Source: Setoptus koraiensis (taxonomy: Eukaryota; Animalia; Arthropoda). Taken from it: a stretch of DNA of 64,000 nucleotides. The number at the start of each line of letters is the position of its first letter. Positions within the stretch are counted from its first letter, which is position 1. The DNA is taken from positions 16,740,001 through 16,804,000 of the forward strand of contig CM106586.1 of the NCBI GenBank assembly GCA_048013815.1. Reading direction: 5' to 3'. The notes under the pieces were generated by a model. The model saw nothing but the letters and a program-made list of their open reading frames with translations. It did no database searches and had not been told where the DNA came from. The translations under genes and the position numbers were made by a program. Positions 37,201 through 49,662 of this stretch are shown here, piece after piece.

Positions 37201-39767
37201 CGCAGAAGGGAGACGGTTGAGAGCTCGCCGGCCCCAATCACCAGAATATTTTGCATGCTGATTTGATTCTCCCAATCACTAGATTGGGACAACTGAATCG
37301 AATTTATCGTTCAATAAATTATCGTTCGATGTTCTAATAACAGTCTGCTCGTAGCGGAAGTGGTTGGACCCCCATTGGCACCCCCTGGCGCTCCCATTGA
37401 GCTCCCATTGAGCTCCCATTGGCGCTCCCATTGGCGGCCCATTGCGCGCAACCCTCCCGTCGGTGAGTGTGGGTTGCGTAGCGCATTTGCGGCGGCAACC
37501 ACTGACTGACGGGAGTGATCGAACTTTGTGGTTCGCCACTCGCCAATAAGTTCGACCGTGAGTGCGTGCGTGTGCTGTGCTGCATTAGCCAGCAGCAGCA
37601 GCAGCATTACCTATGCCTGTCTGCCGCTGTAGTACATATGTCTGCTGCTGTATAGGTAATGCTGCTTCTGCTGCCATTTGGTGTGTGTGTGTGCGCTTCC
37701 CGAGTTGCCCGTCCGAAGGCTGGCTGGCGCAGTAAGCGAGCGGCTTGTAATATTGTATCTTGTAGCGGCGGACACACATAGAGGGTTACAAGATCCTATG
37801 CGCAGTGGGCTGCTTATTGGCATGACTGTCGTAGAATTGACACACACACGCACGCACGGACAGACGAACGCAAGCGAGAGCGCACAAGACGACACACACG
37901 GTCGGGCAGACGAGCGGCGGCATAGAGCGCCACAGATTCTGTGGCATAGAATGCCCTTCAATGTTGATGTGAGACACACAGCGTCACACATGGAAAGAGC
38001 ACCGCCGAGAGTCTACTGTAGCACTCTGTTGGCAGTGTGACTGTGCTGCAGAGCCCACAGAGTCTGTAGTGCACACTCTGCACTACAGAGTTTGTACTAC
38101 AGACTCTGCAGTGCAGTGCAGACACACACACACACAAGCGGGCAAGCAGCAGAATCTGATCATCATCATGATTCATGATCATCATCATCATCATCATCAT
38201 CGAATGCGCGAACAGTGCGAGCGCCTGTGGGGAGTGATCGCAATCAATGTTGCATGTTGTGCCAATTGCGCAGTGAATGGGCACAACACGGGCACAGACT
38301 CGACGGATTGGCCGGAGTGACTGAACACCACTCTACTATTCTGTAGTGCAGTGTTTGTCGTTGATGTGTGCAACTCTGTGCAGAGCGAACAATTCATTTT
38401 TCAATTGCGAGCAACAAAATGTGTGAGCAATAGATTGAGAGTCACCCTATACATTGGCAGACACACGCACTAACAGACGCACAACACAACAGATTAGAGC
38501 GGACGGACAGACGAACGGACGGACGGACAAACCATTCGGGCAGTCATATCGTTTGGTGTGATGATGATGATGATGATGATGGTGGTATAATTATTGCGGT
38601 GTGTGTGTGTGAGTGTGAGTGTGAGCAAGGGAGAAGGAGAGAAATAATTCGACGATTATCATCATCGTTGTTCGGTTATTGCCCGTCGAACAATCACAGA
38701 TACGCAGCCAACCAGCGAACGACACACATATCCGTTGGTCGTCGTCCGAAATGGTGATATCTTATTATTATTTTCATTATTATTGTCTTAACAACCATCA
38801 GCGTCACCAGACAAGCCAGCAAACCAACAGCAACAGCAACAACGACAACAACAACCACAAAACAACACACACAACTGCCTCCAGGGGACCCTCGGTACTT
38901 ATTAGCGATTGTATTTATTAGCGATATTATTATTTTTATATCACGTTTCATTTATCCATCCAGAGGGGGCAAATTGCATAACAGCTCAACAAACAAAAAC
39001 ATTGCGCCACATTGGATTGCCAGCCAGCTAGCTCAATCGACTCGGCCTGCTGATCGCGTCCCTCATTCTCCTCAGTCGTCTTCGTCTTATTCTTGGGCCC
39101 ACTTCTTAGACACACACCATTGTGTGATCAACGCGCTCCTCACGATCTGTCTATCTGTTTGCCTGCCTGCCTGCCCGCCAGCCAGCCCGCCTGCTGCCTG
39201 CCTCTCTGTCCCACCTACACCCACCCCAAAATAGGACATTGCATTATAGCGACTGCGCTAACTGTATCAACCTCCTTGTACCCTATTTATTAATAGATAA
39301 ACACACATATATCATCCACACAACTAGAGGCACTAACATACAGAGGAAGCCCATCAAGCGCCCCTCTTTTTCTTCATTATCACATCATCATCAACTTGAA
39401 TTTTACAACCTACACACGAAAACTTAAACACACTACTACTGTATTGCTACGACCTAGTAATATTAGCAACATTTATTATCATTATCACTACTATCATTAT
39501 TTGCATTTGCATCATAAATTACTATACTATTATCACTATTATATCTATTTACTATAGCATCATTATTTTATACGAGCAACAAACTGAACGCGACGCAAAA
39601 GTACAATAACAATAGTATTAATAACAACTACAATATTCAATCAATCAAAAATAACAATTAAAACTCTTTCCGTCCAACACACACACACACAATCAAGTCA
39701 TATCTCAGAACAAGTTTATTATTACTATTATTATTACTAATTTCAAACGGAACCACCCTCATAATAA

Positions 39768-41605
<1,838 letters not shown>

Positions 41606-41720
41606 AACCGATAAATCGATTGTAAAAAGAACCTCAACCTCAACTTGCCCATTAAAATAACAGAAATCAAAATGGCAATCAAGACATATTCATTCAAATA
41701 TTATTGATAAGATTAAAAAA

Positions 41721-41801
41721 TCAATCATACAAGATAATTTTCAGATTCAAATAACCATTCGAGGAGAATATATATGCATACGGATCTCTATCAACTGCAT
41801 G
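41721..41801 (-). pseudogene. Internally deleted remnant of the C2-domain gene
   Basis: Reads HAVDRDPYAYIFSSNGYLNLKIILYD*, i.e. HVVDRDP fused to ...FSNGYLNLKIILYD* of the intact gene at 44220-45482. CGGATCTCTATCAACT is shared (41781-41796 and 44553-44568). Confidence 0.85.
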
Positions 41802-41822
41802 TGTCATCAACATGTGTCGCCG

Positions 41823-42533
41823 CTATTGAGAGCTTGCTTTGGTGAGCTTATCTACCTGTTCTTGAACTTTCGATTTAGCTTCTAAAGCCTTCCGTAAACG
41901 ATCTTTTAAATTAGCTATCTCAGAGCGCACTTTTTTCTTTGAAGTCTGTATGGCTGCTAGTGTTCTAATTTTTTTTTCATCGAAGTCTGTTTCGTGTCGA
42001 AATAGATGTTGTGGAAAGATGGCCTTGGGTGGAGCGCTGAGAATTTGGGTCATCATTAAGGAGGGATCTTGGAATATTATTTCATCGTAGTGCTCTGACA
42101 CAACATGATCTGACACAAGTGGTTTCTTAGACGCTGGATCTGAATGAAACAATTTCAATTGATGATATATAGTCACAGGTCGTTCGTTTGGATCGACAAA
42201 ATAAATTTTTATAACCATCTCGAATTCGCCCCAACCAGTTTCTTGCACTTCATAGGGTGGTATGGTTTTGACGCGTTGAGGGTTGGCATAGCTCTCATGT
42301 AGCTTGAACTGAACCTTTTTTATATAAGAGGACATGTCCTCGTTCCTATAAGGTTTGACATAAACAGTCCATTGGTGAGTATGTTTGTCCTCTCTGTTTG
42401 TGTTGCCAATAAATTTAGACACGTTACCGTAAACTATCGGCTTTATGATTACAACACCCTTCTGGCGACCGCCTGAGTCTGGTCCCCATTCGGTGATCTG
42501 CGTCTTCGATTTGATGGATGGTGTCTCGACCAT
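41823..42533 (-). CDS. YEATS4: YEATS4, copy B
   Basis: Protein identical to copy A except LTNASSQ to LTKASSQ near the C-terminus. Confidence 0.93.
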   Translation of the reverse strand: MVETPSIKSKTQITEWGPDSGGRQKGVVIIKPIVYGNVSKFIGNTNREDKHTHQWTVYVKPYRNEDMSSYIKKVQFKLHESYANPQRVKTIPPYEVQETGWGEFEMVIKIYFVDPNERPVTIYHQLKLFHSDPASKKPLVSDHVVSEHYDEIIFQDPSLMMTQILSAPPKAIFPQHLFRHETDFDEKKIRTLAAIQTSKKKVRSEIANLKDRLRKALEAKSKVQEQVDKLTKASSQ

Positions 42534-42912
42534 GGGCTTGGCTTGATTCCTGTTAGTTTTCCAAGATGGCTCGTAATCTTCGTAGAGATTCGACCCAATA
42601 TGAGATAGAAGTTATCATGAGGGATGTAGAAAATGTAAACAAATGAGTTTGAAATGAGTTCATCCAAATGAAATTGTGCTAAAGGCGCCATGTTCGAACA
42701 TTGTGAATATCTGCCGAAATATCCATGAATATGTGCATTTTGTGGCACTTTTTCAGGAAACATGTGTGTTTGTTTACCGGCAAAATTTTCTCAAGAGCGT
42801 CTGAACAAATGCTTTTCTACTATCTTTTATTGCAAACTTCTCGGACGGCTTGTCGCCAAATGGATCTGATCATTTTAATTGCAACCAACATTATTGTTTA
42901 GAATTTGCCAAC

Positions 42913-43600
42913 ATGTCAGCTGAAACATCTTCCACTACAGAGAACACCGGTATATTTTGTGTCCCGGGAGACAGGCTTTGTAAAGCGGACGAGAAAAATC
43001 TACCCACCAGCGGCACCTACAAATCCGAGGGCTATATCAGCGCTAGTCTAGCCGGTCGAGTTGTTATCATACACACAAACAAGGGAATAGTAAGTATATT
43101 CTATAACTACATTGGCCATTTCAGCGAGATGGACCAACAACTAAATTGAAATTTTTCATTGCCTTTCTCATATACAGAAATTTATTGGGGTGGAAGGAAA
43201 CAACAGAGTGACGAAAACTGTCCCATCTCCAGAGGACATTGTCACATGCCAGGTGACAAACATTCAATCAAATATGGCCCACTGCCTCATATGGTGTGTC
43301 AACGAGCATGTGGTGCGGCAACCATTCCAGGCCATGATAAGAAAAGAGGACATAAGACACCATGAAAAGGATCTCGTTGACGTTAGCAAAAGCTGCTTAC
43401 CAGGTGATATAATACTGGGCAAAGTATTAGGATTCGGCGACAATAGAAGGTATCTGGTGACAATTGCAGATAAAGAATTTGGCGTAGTTATTGCCACTAG
43501 TGATGCCGATGCCACAATGGTGCCCGTCAGTTGGACGCAGATGATGTGCCCCAAAACCGGCGTAAAAGAGGAGAGGAAAGTTGCCAAAATAAAAGTTTAA
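42913..43600 (+). CDS. EXOSC1: EXOSC1/CSL4, copy B; exons 42913-43089 and 43178-43600
   Basis: Same exon structure as copy A. The coding differences I see are synonymous (TTG/TTA, GAT/GAC). Confidence 0.93.
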
Positions 43601-43626
43601 ATCGTTCCCAATCTTGCTAAATTTGT

Positions 43627-44219
43627 GTGATCTATAATAGAGACAGTCTGATCTAGACTATAAAATTACCGTTCCAATAACGGCGATACCGGAAATCTTA
43701 CACTAGATGAAGTGTGAAACCGATAAGTCTTGTGTTAGCCACCAGCAATAAACAACAAACTTTGGGCTCACCTGTGTCACCTGTTCGCGGTGCCATCATC
43801 TGTGCGTCACAACTCATAGTTGTCAGCTGTGAGCTGCGCCTCGCCGGCTTGAAGCGACAAGTGGCCACCCGTATCCATACATTATACTAGCCAGCCGGGA
43901 CATATCCCCGGACATATCCCCAGATATTATTTGCTCTGGGGGTATCGACAAATAATATCCGGGGATATTTCCGGCGATCGGGTGCAACTGTTGGCGCAAC
44001 AATCTTGCCACAACGTGTTGCTGTTTGCTTTGGCTGGTTAGCTAGCTGGCTGGCTACGTGACAAAACACAAATAGGAAACAGTCATCAAGATGATGGCCA
44101 GCGTGTGTGTTAAATCGATTGAAAAAAGAACATCTACCTCAACTTGCCCACTGAAATAACAGAAATCAAAATGGCAATCAAAACATATTCATTGAAATAC
44201 TATTGATAAGATTAAAAAA
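43627..44219 (+). pseudogene. Degenerate copy of the coronin 3' end and 3'UTR, split by an insertion
   Basis: 43627-43726 aligns to 41514-41614 (includes GATGAAGTGTGA = DEV*). 44111 onward aligns to 41612 onward, with substitutions and indels. Confidence 0.88.
43727..44110. mobile_element. 384-bp insertion flanked by duplicated TAA; non-autonomous element or captured filler DNA
   Basis: The uninterrupted coronin copy reads CCGATAAATCG; here CCGATAA[384 nt]TAAATCG. No terminal inverted repeats or ORF seen. Confidence 0.5.
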
Positions 44220-45482
44220 CTAATCATACAAGATAATTTTCAGATTCAAATAACCATTCGAGAAAAATACGCGCAGATACTTATTGGACTGTCCCTTCTG
44301 AATCAACCTCCTGATGTTGATATGAAATCTTCCTAGAACGTCTGGCATGGTGAATAGCCCATCGTAATCTAAAACTTTGAAATGGATGGTCATATTTTTG
44401 TTGAGAACAGGAGTTCTGCACCATTGATTCCATACAGGATAGCTCGAGCCAGATTTGACTTTAGTTTGGCATAATACAATACTATTGTTGTTGTTGTTGT
44501 TCTGTTCGATTGAAGCTATCGCATAGGTGTCGCTCAAGCCTTGAAATGGCCACGGATCTCTATCAACTACATGGGCCGAGATTAGATTTATGTCCAAGTA
44601 CACCCTTTGGTCTTCTTGTATGGCATGATCTTCATTGGCTTGTTGAGTGGTAACCTCAGATTGTTTGAGATCAAACCCTTTCGGCAATGTTGTTGTTGTT
44701 GTAGTTGTAGAATTGACTTTAATGTCTGTTCCATTACTCGAGAAATTGTTTATATAGCTCACAGTTGTTAGGTTTGCATTGGTGACGGCTCTAGTTTCCA
44801 AATCTACTGATTTATTGTGATGCTTGTTTGTTTGTAGTATACTATCGTTGCTTTTAATAGCAGGCAATACTAATATTTTATGGTGTCCGGTTACTGAGTC
44901 ATTTCTAGCCACTGATGGAACTTTATCTGAACTAATATTCTTTTGTGGCTCATTGGTCACAAGAGAAAGTGTTGTGGTTGTTTCAGGTAGCTCCAGATTT
45001 GTTGTCGCTCTGGTTGTTGATGTAGTTGTTGTTGTTGTATTAATTTGTTTTGTTTTGGTGTCCAGATTCTTAGGCATGATACTTGATCGTTTCAAAACAC
45101 ATTGGCCAAACCGACATATGCTTTGATTATCAAAACAAGGCATGTTTTGATTGTGAGGATAGCTAAATTCCTTAAATCGCGCCATACAAATGAGTTGGCA
45201 TCCATAGTTTTCATAGGTTGCGAAATCGAAAACCTCCATCCGTTCATCGTGCAACTTAGCACAATCCTTGAGAGCATCCTCCATGGCTTGTTCAAACCCT
45301 ATATTGATTTTATCGTAAAGTGTTGTCGACGATACACCAGAATTGAGCTCATTAGGATGACGTTGATGGGACGTCGTCTCTATCGCAATTGGAGAATGAG
45401 CAACAGTTGAAGTTGCCAAAGCAGCCAAATATTTGGCTGTTACCATTAGTATGAAAGTGCATAAGAAAGAATAATGTCTCAT
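44220..45482 (-). CDS. Secreted protein with Cys-rich domain, Thr-rich mucin-like linker and C-terminal C2 domain (420 aa)
   Basis: MRHYSFLCTFILMVTAKYLAALA signal; CQLIC...PCFDNQSICRFGQC; C2 motifs DRDPW..SDTYA, TKVKSGSSYPVWNQ and FKVLDYDGLFTMPDVLG. Confidence 0.85.
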   Translation of the reverse strand: MRHYSFLCTFILMVTAKYLAALATSTVAHSPIAIETTSHQRHPNELNSGVSSTTLYDKINIGFEQAMEDALKDCAKLHDERMEVFDFATYENYGCQLICMARFKEFSYPHNQNMPCFDNQSICRFGQCVLKRSSIMPKNLDTKTKQINTTTTTTSTTRATTNLELPETTTTLSLVTNEPQKNISSDKVPSVARNDSVTGHHKILVLPAIKSNDSILQTNKHHNKSVDLETRAVTNANLTTVSYINNFSSNGTDIKVNSTTTTTTTLPKGFDLKQSEVTTQQANEDHAIQEDQRVYLDINLISAHVVDRDPWPFQGLSDTYAIASIEQNNNNNNSIVLCQTKVKSGSSYPVWNQWCRTPVLNKNMTIHFKVLDYDGLFTMPDVLGRFHINIRRLIQKGQSNKYLRVFFSNGYLNLKIILYD

Positions 45483-48400
45483 TTTTGATTTGGCAACAAT
45501 ATAAAAGGTTTGAATCAAGTTCAACTCAATTCGCACACAATAAAATTGATTATCATTACATAACAGAGGTCATCAAGTATAATGGATAATAATAATGAAT
45601 TGTCTGAGTAAATTTGAATTGTCAGTCGCACATTCTAAACAGGCGAATAATATTCTCGAGTCAGAATGTAATTGATAATAACTTAAACGCTATACAATTA
45701 CATAACACATAATAACATGAGCTTACATGAGTGCAACCGTCAGCCTAATCACTCCTACGCACAATTAGACAACGCGAATCCTCGTCTGGTCACGTTCCAA
45801 CTGAGCACCGCGTGCGCCTAGAGCTGAAAAGAAGGATCAACAAAACTATATTATTGCCACCATCACTTGAACTTATATTACTTATTACTTTTACTGTCGA
45901 TTCTCTATTGTCGACAGAGCGGCTGGACGCTGGTCGACACATTGCGGCCACTCAAGAGGCAGATTGCGATCTTGGGGGACTTTAGCCCACTATTTATCTC
46001 TATCGACAAGTGGCACTGATTGAGCTGGTCAACTTTGGCCTGGCCTCAGTTATGATTTTATTTCTCGGCGCTCCATTTACGTGACATTGCCAAGATGCCA
46101 GGCACAAAATAGATCAGCCTCATCACTTTCGGCCAACGCTCGGCCAACTGAGCTAAATCGTTCTGAGTAGAGAATGCTAAATTGGCATTGCCAGTTCAAA
46201 AGTGTCGCTTGTCGCAAGCAGTCCGCTATGTGACAGTGTGTAATGCCGACATAATTCTGATTAATTTTGATTTATTGTGCACAAAAACTAGGGCCGCCTA
46301 TCATGCAAATCAGTGGTATGTAAATGGCTTCTGACTGTCGTCGTGTTGGTTGCTAATACAAATGAACAGTAGGGCCAAAAAGGTTCATTTGAGCGGAAAG
46401 GAGTCACTCATTGGGCGAGATAATTACACTTGAACTGGCAAGCTCGTTGCTCTTGAGCATTGTTTCCGGTGACAAAATCTGATTGCCCAACAGTCACAAT
46501 TTGTTGATTGTGACTAGTTTATTGGAACTTGCTGTTGATTATGTGGATAAGCGCACAGTTGCGGCCGCTTACGATTGTCAATTGACAATCAGCAATGGAA
46601 TGAATGAAAAAAGAAAAAGAAAATAATAATAATTAATAAGCGCACTGCATAAGCGTGACGCCTTCGAACATGCAATGATAATACAAATTAATAAAGTAGC
46701 GGCGTAAAACAAGAAGAAAAAACAAAAACAATTACAACTATGCAGGAACAGTGACGTTAATGAAAAACTGGCTAGCTCGCCAAAAGAGACACAGAGTGGC
46801 GCTTCGGATGGGGTGCGTGAGATGGCGCCAAAAGGCACGAAGTTGATAGCCGATGAGTTATCCAACTTGGATAATGCAAGGGCCCGAGAAGCAATTGGTA
46901 TTGTGTCGTTGCTGTGTGCAAAACTCAGTCAAAAAACTTTGTCAAGAGTTACAAATGCAACGGCACTTGTGCATGAGATAATTTGATTGTCTTAATAACA
47001 TGATGCGTATGTATTATTAATGGCGATGTTTTATCGGTACAGGGCACCAATAAAACGCCGAGCCGAGAGTGAGCTCGATGGCGTGCATTTGTTGCTTGTC
47101 TAACAAATGCTGCTTGTAAGTGTGTGTATCAGTGCACAATCGCACACACACACACACAGGAAGTGATGTAATTGTTGTTATCATCATCGCGGAGCGGGTT
47201 TGTCTCGTTTGTCAAGGCGAGCCATCACGGCGACAGCGACAACAGCAGCAGCAACGGCGACAGCGACAACAACAGCGGCAACAGCGACAGCAGCAGCAAC
47301 GGCAACAACGGCGACAGCGACAACAGCGACACTGTTGCGCAATGTGGTCGTCAATATGCCAGGTCTGATGGCGCCAATATGCAGATGAGCGAGCCCGCGG
47401 CGACAAGACGACACGACAACAATGGCACCAATCTCGAGACACATGTATATTTTTGAATTTGTTTCCACTGACAATCGAATGTAGCGAGCGACATGTCGCG
47501 ACAACATACTCACACAGCGTCGCTGATTGTCAGGGCGGCTGACACTGTCAGCCTGACACTGTTGCCAGAGTGTCGCAAATTGGTCGCCAGTGGCGAGACG
47601 CGCATCATTGGGGCGACATATTGAATATTGCATAATATACATTACATAATATTACACAATATTGCACAATATTGCACAATATTACACAATATTACACGGA
47701 GTACATGTACTGTCGAGAGTGTGTGTCGTTGTGACGCCCGCTGGCAGCGTCACAAAAGACGGGTTACGTACGCCGGCCGGGCGAGTCAATGACCCGGCCC
47801 ATCGGCACAAGCTGGCAAGCTTGGCAAGTGTAAACAAGTGCAATGTTTGCAATGTGTCGACGGCGAGTCTTGCGTCAACGATCGCGACATTCGCGTAGGA
47901 TGCTGGCGATATTCGCGACGTTCGCGACATTCGCGACATTCGCGGGATATCGTCGCGATATTCACAGCATTGGCGGTAGCGAGCGGTTTCAGTGAGAGGG
48001 CGAGCCGAGTGCGCGAAGAAGGCAAACGAGCCCACAAGTTCAAACTGTTCGCCCACGCGAGATGAACATGAAATAAACACGGCGACAGCGACGCCGACGG
48101 GGCTCGTTAGCGGCATGCAGCCACATCAACGAGGGGCCCGCTCGGCGTAACGGGCGATGCGTCGAGCTGCAATTGGGGCCATTGCGAGCCGTGCGCCATC
48201 GCCTAGCGGGCGTTCGCGACTAGCCGCTCGCACGCCAGCGGCTTGCAGAGCGCACTTTGCAAAGTTTGCAGAGTTTGCAGCAGGCCACCGGCGTGCACTT
48301 TTGAAGATCCGCCAAATCCGTGCCAATATCCGCGTCCGTCTGCCGGGGGCCGCACTCACCCGCAATATCTGTTATATTTTTGTATTTTTGTTTGGCTGTC

Positions 48401-49440
48401 TCGCTGCGTGACAGCTTGTGCGACATGAGCGTCGCGCTTTATTGCAAACAATAATCAAATATGCGACGGATGATTAACGGAAAGTGCGCCGCAAAAGCGA
48501 ACGCTCTCTCTCTGGGCTCCGTCGCTCTCTGCGGCTCCGTTGCTCTCTGGGCTCTCCGCGGCTGTGCGGCTGTTGGCCGGTCGGCCGGTCGCCGGGCATC
48601 CCGAGCCGCTGACTCGGGCGCATGACTTGGCAGCGGCACAAATCAGTTGACTGTCAGTGTGGCGGGCAAATGTTGAACTCGTCATTGAATCGCCCGGCCA
48701 GCGAGTCCATTCAGCGAGCATTGTGTCGTGTCAGCCGCCAGTCAGTGGGCCGAAATAACGTTATTTCGCGTCGCTCAGGCGGCCCGAATCCGCTCCAACA
48801 ATGCACTGACAATGTGAAACAATTCCGCAATATCCATTCCGCTGTGCCCAGTGAAACGTATTTCAATTCGTATCATATTTCACTGCGCTGGATACCGCGC
48901 TGGATACTTATGTAACTCGCTGGATACTTGTGTAACTCGCTGGATATTCACGGGATATTCACATGTCACTGGCTGGATATTTTTGTCTGGCTCGCTGGAT
49001 TTGTGAATGCGACTCGCTGGATATTTGTGTGCTGGCCGGCCGAGCACAAACGTTGGCGACAACGCGATTGTTGCCCGTTGCACGCCAGCGACCGCTGCGC
49101 CAGCGTGGAAACTTGCGCAACGCCGGGCAATTACGCATGCCGCGCATGACTTGCCCGACACATCTGGCAAGACCGGCTCCCATTGTCTGATGGTCGCACA
49201 GCCGCTTCGTCGGGCAGCCGCGTCGCCCAATCGCCGGGCAGTGGCGCCGTCGGAATCCGACGGTCGGATGCGTGCCTGGCCGGCGAAGCGGTCGGGCCGG
49301 CAAGCGAGCGAGCGGGTCTCGGAAGTGGCTCATTGGCGACTCGCACTGACGGTGTGCGGCAAGCCCGTCGAGCGGCCAAGTGGCCGCTTGTCGCACGCTA
49401 TAACGGCACACGGCACGCTATAACGGGACACACGGTACAA

Positions 49441-49662
49441 CGGTATTCACGGTATAACGGTATTCACGGTATAACGGTATTCACGGTATAACGGTATTCA
49501 CGGTATAACGGTATTCACGGTACAACGGTATTCACGGTATAACGGTATTCACGGTATAACGGTATTCACGGTATAACGGTATTCACGGTATAACGGTATT
49601 CACGGTATAACGGTATTCACGGTATAACGGTATTCACGGTATAACGGTATTCACGGTATAAC
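49441..49662 (+). repeat. 17-bp minisatellite (CGGTATTCACGGTATAA), ~13 copies
   Basis: Directly visible, head-to-tail with no spacers. Confidence 0.95.

Larger units (their letters stand above)
41821..43620. repeat. Segmental duplication, copy B
   Basis: Matches 30512-32614 from CGCTATTGAGAGC to the EXOSC1 3' flank. Confidence 0.95.

Noticed and set aside
46746-46986. ~80-codon open + segment after TGCAG (NSDVNEKLASSPKETQ...ALVHEII*)
   Set aside because: Possible terminal exon, but no upstream exon or homology could be assigned.
49441-49662. Regular short repeats that could suggest a CRISPR array
   Set aside because: Units are contiguous with no unique spacers, there are no cas genes, and the context is eukaryotic. 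The same applies to the other minisatellites.
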